Shown one piece after another: positions 26,098 to 36,200 of a DNA stretch of 64,000 bases (positions are counted from its first letter, which is position 1; every line of letters starts with the position of its first letter). The translations under genes were made by a program, and so were the position numbers. Origin of the DNA: Vitrella brassicaformis CCMP3155. Taxonomy: Eukaryota; Protista; Chromerida. The stretch is from the NCBI GenBank assembly GCA_001179505.1, contig CDMY01000447.1, positions 310,001 to 374,000 on the forward strand. The letters run 5' to 3'. The notes under the pieces were generated by a model. That model ran no database searches and had not been told where the DNA came from. It was given only the letters and a program-made list of their open reading frames with translations.

Positions 26098-26214
26098 CAA
26101 TGGATACGACTTGCGGCAGCAGCCTCTCGTGATGGACAAGCTGGGGCTGATGAAGGAATGGCCGATGGGACCTGCAGACTCTGCTGCCGGCTGCGAGGGT
26201 GCCTGATCTGATCG

Positions 26215-28019
26215 ATGGTCGTGAGGACGGATGAACTGAACTCTTCGCTTATTGTCCTGGTGGTGGTTCTGTCTGTCGTCTTTTTGACCTCGTCGGCATC
26301 CGCATTCACCCTACTGACGAAACAGTCAGTGAAGAATCGACGCATTCAGCCATCGCGGCGCCTGCAATCGATGACTGATGAGTCCGCTGTCCCTGCTGCT
26401 GCTCCTGCGGTGCTGCTGACTGTTGCCTACGACGGCACGGACTTCAACGGGTGGACGGCAAGGGGCGGCCCTCACACCACCCCTCCTACGCCTCTGCCTA
26501 CCCCCACCGACGCAGCAATCAACCAGGGCGATGTTTGCGATGGCAATGGCAGTGGCGGTCCCTCACCATCACCATCACCATCACCGCCACCCACACCAGG
26601 GCAGGGGAAGAAGCAGAGGCGGCCCAAGATGATCCGCACTGTCGAGGGGGAGCTACGACGGTGTGTGTCGCAGCTGTGTGGAGGTCGCGTGCAGCCGTGG
26701 GAGCTGCTCATGTGGGGGGCGAGCAGGACGGATGCCGGTGTTCACGCCAGGGGGCAGATGGTGCAGCTAGGGTTTGGGGAGGGCTTCAGCCTGATGGATG
26801 GCGACCCTCAGCGGATTCGTCGCTCTCTGAATGCACTGCTGCCGGAGGATGTCAGGGTGGCGCGCGCCACGAGGGCGCCGCGGGCAGACGTACGTATGTG
26901 ATGTGAGCATATGATTGGACCCAGCCATGGATGGATGGTTTCCTTCCTGTGCGTCTGTACTGTGTGCTGTGTGCTGTGTGTTTGTTCAGTTCCACGTGAC
27001 GTCCTCTGCCGCAGGCAAGGAGTACCGATACACGGTGGGTCGGTCAGATAGCCCGCCAGACAAACAGAGGGAAATCAGCCAGCGGACTGACTGCCATGTG
27101 TTGGCATGCATTGTATTGCATTGCTTGCCCACCTGCTCTGCTCACATGTCTGTCTGCCTGCCTGTGTGGCTGCCTGCAGTTGGATTTGGGTGTCCCGCCG
27201 GACCCCTTGTCGCGTCGGTATAGGTGGGCGATAAGCGAAGACCGGGCCCTCGGCAAGCAGTGCAGCATCAGCGACGACGGCACACGAGTGCTTGTCGATT
27301 GGGATGCCGTTGGCAAGGCGGCTGAGGCACTCACAGGCACACATGACTTCTCGGTAGGAGCAAGGGACGAAGGCAACTCAAGCACCTGATTGTTTTCATT
27401 TTTCCACTGCCGTCACTCATCCAGGCGTTTCGTTCGGCTTACAGCGGTGTTGAGAGGGACCGTGTGGTGGACCCCGTGTGCACAGTCTCGCAGATTGCCA
27501 TCGTGCCCGACCCGTCGGGACACCACAGTGACCCCCCAAACAGGTCAGTCAGTCAGGATGACGCCAACCAGCGCACAGTCAGGCACGCCACACGAGTCAA
27601 TATCTGTTTGTGTGTGTTTGTGTGTGAACAGTGTGCAGTTTGTGTTCCATGGCAACCGCTTTCTCTACAAAATGATCCGCCGACTTGTAGGTGCCCTTGT
27701 CGAGGTCAGTCAGCGGACTGGCAGCCAGCCGCCAACCAGTCAGCCAGCCAGCCAGCCGCCAACCAGTCAGCCAGCCACCCACCCACCCACTGTGTCTTCC
27801 TGTCTTCCTGTCTGTCTGTCTGTCTGTCTGCATAACGTCATTCAGGTGGGCATGCATCGGTGTACAGTGGACGAGGTGCGTCATGCGCTGGAGAATGCCG
27901 TGTGGAAGCGGCAGGTGGCCAGGGGGGATGGTCGGGTGGCCACGAGTGCGAATCCCCCCGTGTGTGCACCGCCACACGGACTGGTACTAGAGCAAGTCTT
28001 TTATGACGATGCGATTTAG
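26215..28019 (+). CDS. truA: tRNA pseudouridine(38-40) synthase with bipartite (signal + transit) leader, probably plastid-targeted
   Basis: LTVAYDGTDFNGW, GASRTDAGVHARGQ (catalytic Asp), LTGTHDFSAF, GNRFLYKMIRRLVGAL, APPHGLVLEQVFY. N-terminus LIVLVVVLSVVFLTSSASA-FTLL. Confidence 0.93.
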
Positions 28020-28037
28020 GCAGACAGACTGATGTAA

Positions 28038-29111
28038 ATGGGACGAGACATGCTGCTGCAGCAGCAGCGACAGGTATGCACACGTGCATCATGCCAGGGG
28101 CCATGGTGGATGGATGGATGGACCGGCATTTGATTAGCTGGTGTGATTCATATGTCGTTTCTCTGGCTTCTTTGCCTGCCTGTGTGTGCCTCAGTCAGGA
28201 TCAGCAGCAGCTCCCGCCTCTGGCCGAGGAGGGGGAAGGAGAGGATGGCGACGAGCAGCAGCAGCAGCAGCAGCAGCCAGACGACGGTCCGGGAGAGGAG
28301 GGGGGAAGAGTGGCTGGGGCCGCTGGGCAGCCGACGGAGGCTGTGGTGTCGGGGGTGGCGCCGGAGCAGCAGCTGGCACGGCGGCCGGGGGCTTCCCGAT
28401 GCGACCTGGTGGGGTGTGCACGTGCCTCGGCAGGCAGGCAGGCAGGCAGGCTGATATGAATCTGGCTGACGCTTGCTTTTCGTAAACGCGTATCCAGTCG
28501 ACCGGATCGTGTGTGTGCTGGGCAGCTGCTGGTTGGGTGTGCGGTGCATGCCAAGCATCCCCTGCAGCACCGCACAGCACAGCACAGGACAGAACAGGAC
28601 GGCCCGAATCGGGTGTGTGAGTGTGTTGGTGGTGTGCTCGTGGCAAGTCGGTGCAGTCCATGGACGGATGGATGGATGGATGGATGGACACACACATTTT
28701 GCCGCACCAACAGATGGATGACAGACAGGTTCAGTCTCGCGTTCTGACAGATTCATGCGAATGCGAATGTGTGTGTGGTGGGGTGGGGTAACCGACTGGC
28801 TGACTCGGCATGCGTGACTTGACAAAATCACATGTAGTGAGTTGTTGACACTGCTGCATGCGCGCACACCCGCCCCCCACTCCGTCCATCCGTCTATCCA
28901 TCCCTTCATGACCTGCCTGAGCTTTCAGGCGGACACTAATGTGCTGCTGTCTCTCTGCGATGGCGAGGATGGCGGCCTACATCGAGTAGGGAGGAGGTAG
29001 GTTGGCTGGTACTCGTCTCGTGTGCCGTGCAATCCAAAATGATGGATGCGTCTGGCCGGTAGGTACTTCACTTGGTGCGCACACTCATATATATGCTCCC
29101 CCCAACCGAAG
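28038..29111 (+). CDS. Possible small multi-exon hypothetical protein (structure unresolved)
   Basis: Phase-0 intron 28074-28198 joins MGRDMLLQQQRQ to DQQQLPPLAEEGEGEDGDEQQQ... Further exon-like segments occur up to ~29110. Downstream joins are ambiguous. Confidence 0.3.
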
Positions 29112-29226
29112 TGAGAGTGTGCGAAGGGACCTCAATAAGTAAACGACCTAAGCATCCATCGCATATATCAACGAAGACGCGTTGCGTTCGTTCATAGATA
29201 AAGTCGTTCACTGGTCATTGATCGTG

Positions 29227-29994
29227 TCACCGCCCGTCTCTCGTCCTTCTCCCGGTCCGCTCCCCCATGAAATCAAGGCCCACCCGACACACATAGAACA
29301 GCACGAAACACTCCCCAAACCCCAGAGTGTTCGCCAGCAGCAGACCAGGCAGCTCACCCGAGCCTCTCCCCCCCACCATACCGACAGCACCACCAATGAG
29401 CTTCCCCAGCGTGCCGTCGGCATCAACCATCGCCACAAAGCGCACCACAGCAAAGGCGCCAACCACGCCATCCGAGATCTTCTGCGGATCCAGCATAAGG
29501 CCTTGGTCATCTTGACCTTGCCGTCCCTCCGCCCCCAGCTTGACGTACTTGTATACCACTGCAAACAGAAACGCCGACACGCCAGCGCTAAGCACCTCAG
29601 CCGCAGTGTTAACAGCAAAGCCCGGCGACACACCTACGGAGCCCATGTGGTTGAGCACATAGAACAGAAGCTGAGTAGCGCCGCCCAGAAGGCCGCCGAA
29701 GGTTGCGGCCGTGACAGTCTGCAGCCTCGCTCGTGCAGTGGGCGTCATGGTGTTCATCAGGCCGCTCAGATCCGTCACCCGCCTGCTGATCACCTCCCGC
29801 TCGTTGCCATCGGCATGTAGGCTTGTGAAATGCGGCAGATCTCTGCTGGGCCTCCTGTGAACGCCATCAAGGACTCCAATCGCCTTGTGATGGTGCAGCG
29901 GCCACCGATGGGCGAAAGCCGCTTCATGTCGGGAGAAGGCGGGATGGATCGGCAGCAACACAGAGGAACTGACAAGCAGTGCACAAATCATCAT
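29227..29994 (-). CDS. Intronless multi-pass membrane protein with signal/transit-like leader, resembling an uncharacterised family of plastid/cyanobacterial membrane proteins
   Basis: 255-aa ORF. Hydrophobic N-terminus then an H/R-rich stretch. About 4 hydrophobic helices. FLFAVVYKY...DGVVGAFAVVR recalls the LFxVTYRY...GVVxAFxLVR pattern (from memory, not searched). Confidence 0.7.
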   Translation of the reverse strand: MMICALLVSSSVLLPIHPAFSRHEAAFAHRWPLHHHKAIGVLDGVHRRPSRDLPHFTSLHADGNEREVISRRVTDLSGLMNTMTPTARARLQTVTAATFGGLLGGATQLLFYVLNHMGSVGVSPGFAVNTAAEVLSAGVSAFLFAVVYKYVKLGAEGRQGQDDQGLMLDPQKISDGVVGAFAVVRFVAMVDADGTLGKLIGGAVGMVGGRGSGELPGLLLANTLGFGECFVLFYVCRVGLDFMGERTGRRTRDGR

Positions 29995-30275
29995 CTGAAA
30001 AGGGCAGTGGCGAGGGAGAGAGCGGTTTCACGGTATCCTAAGGCATATGCGAGCTAGGCGTGCAGAGGGCACAACAAACTGGTGCATACATGCGTCAATG
30101 TTTGGCAGATCCCCTGCGCTGCGAAGGCCATCCAGCTCGGTCGATGCCCTCGAGCTCATCGTCTGACAGGTACATCGCCTCCGAAAGATCCGCCTGCACA
30201 CCAAACTCCCGGCGTCGCAGCATCGCCACCCAGCAGCCACGCAGCTGCCGCAGTTATCATCGCAGCGTCGCACCC

Positions 30276-32662
30276 ATGCGACATTCTTTCGCCCTCTGCC
30301 TCGCTCTCCTGATGAGTGGTGAGGTGCGGTGTGACAAGCAGGTTAAGGGCGCAGTGGTTGTGCATCGGCACGGCGGCCGGCTGCCGCTGTACAAGACGGA
30401 TGTGGGCGAGGAGGGGCCGTCGGATCTGACGATGCTGGGAGAGGTGCAGCTCTACCAGCTCGGCGCTTTCCTGAGAAGGCGATACGTCGATGACTTCAAG
30501 ATACTCGACACGGTAAGTACGGGGAATGCGATGCATAGATCAGATCAGCAGTGTGTGTGTGTGTGTGTGTGGTTCCTTTGTGCAGGATTACTATGCTCGT
30601 GAGTTGCGTGTCCGTTCGTCAGACTATGACCGCACTCTTCGCAGCGCCGACGCGCTCCTCAACGGCCTCTACCCGCAGGAGCTCTCGACCAGGAACATAT
30701 CGCTCCTCAACGGCACTCAGCTGCAATACGTGTACGCCTCAGCATCAAAGCAATGGGGGAGCGAGCCAAGCCAAGCCAAGATGTGTTGGGTGTTGTGTGT
30801 TGTGTGTCGTGTGTTGTGTGTGTGCAGGCACACGCACGTACCGATTCACACGGTCCCCTCATCGCAGGATCCCCTTCTGCGCGGCTGGACCCTCTGCCCC
30901 ACACACGTGGAGGCGCTCAGGAAATTCTACGGATCGCAGGAATTCCAGGACAAAGTAGGTTACGGCGGTTGTCTGCACATATGGGTCGACGGGCAGCAGG
31001 GCCATATGTGGCCGACCTGACCTTGTGCGGTTTGCCTTGGTGTGGTGTGTGAGCAGGAGTTTTTCACGGGCGACCTGCGCAGGCGCGTGACGGAGAGGCA
31101 GGGTCTCCCGCAGGATGTGGCGGACCTCAGCAACTGGTACAACGTGTACGATGATGTCGTGTACACACACACATACGCCGACGACCATCACCCGGCGCGC
31201 GTCGGCAGATTCGACCGACTCAACGGTGCGTACGCCAACACACAAATGCTCACAGAGACCACCCGAACGCATCCCTGTCTGTCTGTCTGTGTGTGTTGTG
31301 TGTGTGTGTGTTCATTCCAGCGACTGATTTGAAGCAGGTGTGGCGTCTGGCCAATTGGCTGGAGCTGCACAAGTACGACCGCGACCGTGTGGGGGCGTTC
31401 GGCGGGGGGCTGCTGGCCGAGGACCTCACACAGATCCTCATCGGCAACACACAAGGTAGGCAGGCCATGCAATCATGCCCCATCCATCCATCTCTCTGTC
31501 CATCTTTCTGTTGCGCCATTCGCGCGTGCAGGCGACGTTTCGGTGCCTCGTGTCCAGATCTACTCGGGTACACACGCACACACGTCGCTGCTTCTGACCC
31601 ATGTGTGTGTGTGTGTGTGATTGGTGATCCATCGATCAGCCCACTACGGCACGATGCTGTCTTTGGCGTCTGCGTTGGGTTTGGAGGTGAGTGAGGTGCC
31701 GCCGTACGGCTCGGCCTTCCTATTCGAGATCGTCGAGATTACCAACGAGTGAGTGGGGCGGTCACTGGGGGGTGAGGAAAATCCTCACACATCTGTCCAT
31801 CCGTTCCCCTGTGTGTGTGTGTTCGTAGCGATGCGGTCGTGAGTGGGAGACGGTGGGAGGTCAATACCACCTACGTCAGAAGAAACTACGGTCAGCAAAG
31901 CGCGAAACACGATAACCATGACACCATCTATCTCATTGTCCCCTCTCTGACCAGACCCATCGTCAGGTTTCGGCACCCAGGAGGAAGTGCTGCCGCTGCC
32001 CTTCACCCCCGGCACCCCCTCCAGCCCACACCCTTGCTACACGGACGAGTCAGGCGCCTCGGTGTCAGCGAGCGTGTGTCCTCTTGCCGACTGGCAGAGG
32101 GCCGTGGACCTCTCGGCGCCGGTCAAGACAGAAGACGACTGGTGCAAGGCGTGTCGATCGCCGGATGTGGAGGAGGCCGACGTCAGCGCCGTGTGCATGA
32201 TGCGGGCCACCGGGGAGAGCAGTGTAGGTAAGTCAGCATCATATCCTGCCATGGACAGAGAGAGAGAGAGGGAAGGAGGGGCACACTCGTGTGTGTGTGT
32301 GTGTGTCTGTGTGTGTGCAGAGGCGCGAAGTGCTTTGTTGAATTGGGATGGTGATGGCGAGGCGCCTGGCGTCCAACAGTCCGATGACACCAGCGTCGAT
32401 TTTGGCATGGACGACGGATGGGTCTTCGTACTTGGACGTAACCACACACACACACAGGGCAAGGCAACCACCCTTCCGTCATGTCCATCTGCTGGTGTGT
32501 GTGTGTGTGTGTCATTATCTTGCAGTGGCGTCAGGGTTGGTAGTGACAGCTTTGGTGTGCGTGTCGATGTGGCTGCTGTGCTACCGCAAGACGGCCCGGC
32601 GGTGGGGCTACTGCATACTCGGAGGCACCGACGCCCAGGAACTGACAGTCGGACAACCATGA
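30276..32662 (+). CDS. Histidine acid phosphatase (branch 2), type I membrane protein, lysosomal acid phosphatase-like
   Basis: Signal peptide, HRHGGRLP (RHGxRxP), LTMLGEVQLYQLGAFLRRRY, RSSDYDRTLRSA, YSAHYGTM, PPYGSAFLFE, and a C-terminal TM (WVFVLGLVASGLVVTALVCVSMWLLCY). Confidence 0.92.
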
Positions 32663-33267
32663 CACGACACGCAGGCAGTGCGCACCCATCCAGCCATCGT
32701 GGGGTGGGGTGTGGGGAGCGTGAGAGTTTATAGATCTGAGTGAGTGAGTGTACGGCAGTGAGCGGTAGTGAGTGTTGTTGGGGATTGCGGTCGACATGTG
32801 CTGCAAAGCATTTAGGAGCTGCGCGCGCGTGTGTGTGTGTGGGCATCTGTGCGTGTCTGTCTGATTGTGTCACGAATCGTGTGGCTTCTTACATGAGGGG
32901 GTGCGCGTGAGTGGCTAGCGGCTCTGATGCGGTGTTTTTTCTCGCTGCAGAGGCCCGTCCGTCAGCCGGCCTGTTCGCATTTTCTCTCCACGCATTGTTT
33001 TGATGATTGTTTCGTCCGAAGTCCGTAAGCCTGTGCTGACTGAGCGCTGGAGGAGACTTTTTTTAACAGGGGGATTCACACGGAACGCGTCAAGGGTACG
33101 GAAACCGGCCGCAAGCTGGCCGCGCGATCCTCTGGACTTCCTGCATTTTCTGACACTTTTCGCCGCATCTCACGTCGTGATGACTGCCGAGTGCATAGGC
33201 GGCCGCATCTCCCCCCTCCGTCGGCCATGAGCTCCGCTGCTGCAGGCTAGAGCGGCTCTGTTGAAGG

Positions 33268-36200
33268 ATGGGTATCCAGGGCCTGTTGAAGGCCTTGGAG
33301 GGCGTGCAGCGTGAGGTCCACATCACCGCATTCAAGGGGGAACGAGTTGCCATCGATGTGAGGCGACACACGCACACGCGAAAGGACGTTCGTTTCGTGG
33401 ATGCATATATCTGCCTCTGTGTGCTGGGCGTGTGTGTGATGTGATAGGCTTCGTCTTGGCTCCATAAGGTGAGATGGATACACAGAGAGAACCATTGATG
33501 ACGATTAACCGAGTCGATGGAGGCATGTGTGTGTGTGTGTGAGATGCAGGGTGCCTACAGCTGTGCCAAGGCGTTGGTATTGGGGGAGCCGACCACCCGA
33601 CACATCGACTACTGCATCAGGCGAATCGACTCACTCATAGAACTCGGCCTCACACCGGTACACACACACACACACACACCCGGCGGATCTGTCTGGTCGG
33701 TCATCCCTTCATATATACTCATTCGCGCAGGTGGTTGTGTTCGACGGTGGTTCGCTGCCCGCCAAGGCCGAAGAGAATCAGCGGCGGGAACAGTGAGCTC
33801 ACTCCCTGGGCTGGGGAGGTGTGTTTGTTTTGTGTACTGTCTGTGTTGTAATGGTTGTCTGTCGGTGTGGTGGTGTGGTGTGGTGTGCGGTGTTCAGGTC
33901 CCGTCGTGAGGCCCGTGACAAGGCTAAGGGTCTCATGAAGATGCAAAAGATGGAGGAGGCTCACAAGGTCAGTCAGTCAGTCAGTCAACCAATGCATTCG
34001 CCACACACACGTACTATACACCGACCGAGGCGTTGTGGTTGTGCTGTGTATGTGAATGTGTGTATGTGTGTGTGTGTGTGTGTGTTGTGCAGTTCTTCGC
34101 CCAGGCCGTGACGATCACTGCCGAGCACGCCCATGAGCTGCTGCTGGTGAGATAGCGATGGGGGAGGGGAGGTGCATTGCACCATGCATATGGGGTGTGG
34201 TGTGTTGGTAGCGTCTGCGTGCCAAGAATATCGAGTTCATTGTAGCACCTTACGAAGCGGACGCACAGATGACCTTCTTAGCGGTGAGCCAACCGAACCA
34301 AACCCACACAGACAGACAGTGACAGCCGCGCTGCTGCCCGTGGTGGATGGATGTCTTCTGTCTGTCTGACTGTCTGTCTGTCTGTCTGTCTGTGTGCAGT
34401 TGATAGGATGGGTGTCGCTGGTGATCTCTGAGGACTCTGACCTGCTCGTTTACGGATGCCCAAAGGTACCTACCTACCTGGACGCACGCACGCCGACACA
34501 CAAAGTGTGTGTGCTCCTGCCTCTGTTGGTTTGGCTCCTTGATGAATATATGAATGCCTTCAGGTGTTGTACAAGTACGATGAGAGCGGCCGCGGCCGTC
34601 TGATCGACCTCAAGGAAATCCCGCAGGCCAGAGACTTCAAGGCACTCGGCAGATACTCACACGGTCGGTGCTCACACGCACGCGCACACGCATACACACG
34701 TGTGCCCGTGGCTGGAGCGTTCTCTGTGTGTCATTGTTCCTTCCCCTCCCTCCCTCCCTCCCTCCCTCCNNNNNNNNNNNNNNNNNNNNNNNNNNNNNNN
34801 NNNNNNNNNNNNNNNNNNNNNNNNNNNNNNNNNNNNNNNNNNNNNNNNNNNNNNNNNNNNNNNNNNNNNNNNNNNNNNNNNNNNNNNNNNNNNNNNNNNN
34901 NNNNNNNNNNNNNNNNNNNNNNNNNNNNNNNNNNNNNNNNNNNNNNNNNNNNNNNNNNNNNNNNNNNNNNNNNNNNNNNNNNNNNNNNNNNNNNNNNNNN
35001 NNNNNNNNNNNNNNNNNNNNNNNNNNNNNNNNNNNNNNNNNNNNNNNNNNNNNNNNNNNNNNNNNNNNNTTCGTTGATCAGATCTGTTTCAGCAGGTGTG
35101 CATCATGGCTGGGTGCGACTACCTCTGCAGCGTCGACAAGGTCGGCATCAAGACCGCTGGCAAACTCGCGGGACAGTTCAGGGCAGACGTCGCAAAGGTC
35201 AGGGAGGGAGGGAGTGAGGGAATGAGTGTCTGTCTGGGTGACCGATCCGCCCGCCTCCCGCGCATCCCTCCTGTGCCCTCTTGTGTGTGTGTGCAGATCA
35301 TGAAAGCGATGCGTCTTCAGGGTCTGAGTGTGCCACATGACTACGACGTCGGCTACGCGCAGGCCAAGATGACCTTCGCACACCAAACCGTATACGACCC
35401 TAGACACGTACGCGCGTATCCCAAAACCACCACACCATCACCAGGGAGACACCCCTCTCACCCAACCCTGCTGCGTCTCGTCTGTGTCCATCAGCAATGC
35501 CTGGCTCGCGTGCACCCCATCCCCGACACCCCCTCTCACGGCTTCGACGACATCGACTTCCTCGGCCCCTGGCTGGCCGACCACATCGCACACGGCATCG
35601 CCACTGGAGACCTACACCCACACACACACCAGCCCTTCCCTGCCAACGCCGCACAGCCGCCGCCCCCAGCCCAGGCAGCCAAGAAGCAGACCAAGCTGCC
35701 CTTTCTCCCCATCGGCGACGCACCTGCACCTGCACCTGCACCTGCACCTGCGCCAGCAGCAGCAGCAGCAGCTGGTGCTGGTGCAGGGGGTCAGGCGAAG
35801 GGCAAGAATGACCATCGTCAGAGGCCCAAGGGAGGTGTCAGGAATGGTGTCAAGGGCAGCAGCAAGGGTGGGGCGTCAGGGAAGCAGCCGAGCATTCTGC
35901 AGTGGGCGAGGAAGGAGGACAAGAAGGGTGGTGGAGGTGGCAGGGACGGGGAGGGGGACGACTGCGAGATCACCGGAGGTAGGCGAGATGGGTCGGATGT
36001 GTGTGCCCCGTGCATCGGTGTCTCTGTGCGTCTATCGTTTCAGAGTCTGAGGCTCCGTTAGCTGATCTGGGTCGCCGTCTCGGGTTTGACAAGGTGACCT
36101 GGGAGAAGGGCATGGGCATCAAGAACACAGCCGCAGTCCGCAACAACAGCAAACCACCAGCACAACCACACAAGGACAAGGACAAGGACAGCAACAACCA

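Noticed and set aside
34770-35069. Missing EXO1 exon hidden in the second N gap
   Set aside because: Flanking exons join in phase and give a continuous H3TH region, so the gap is intronic.
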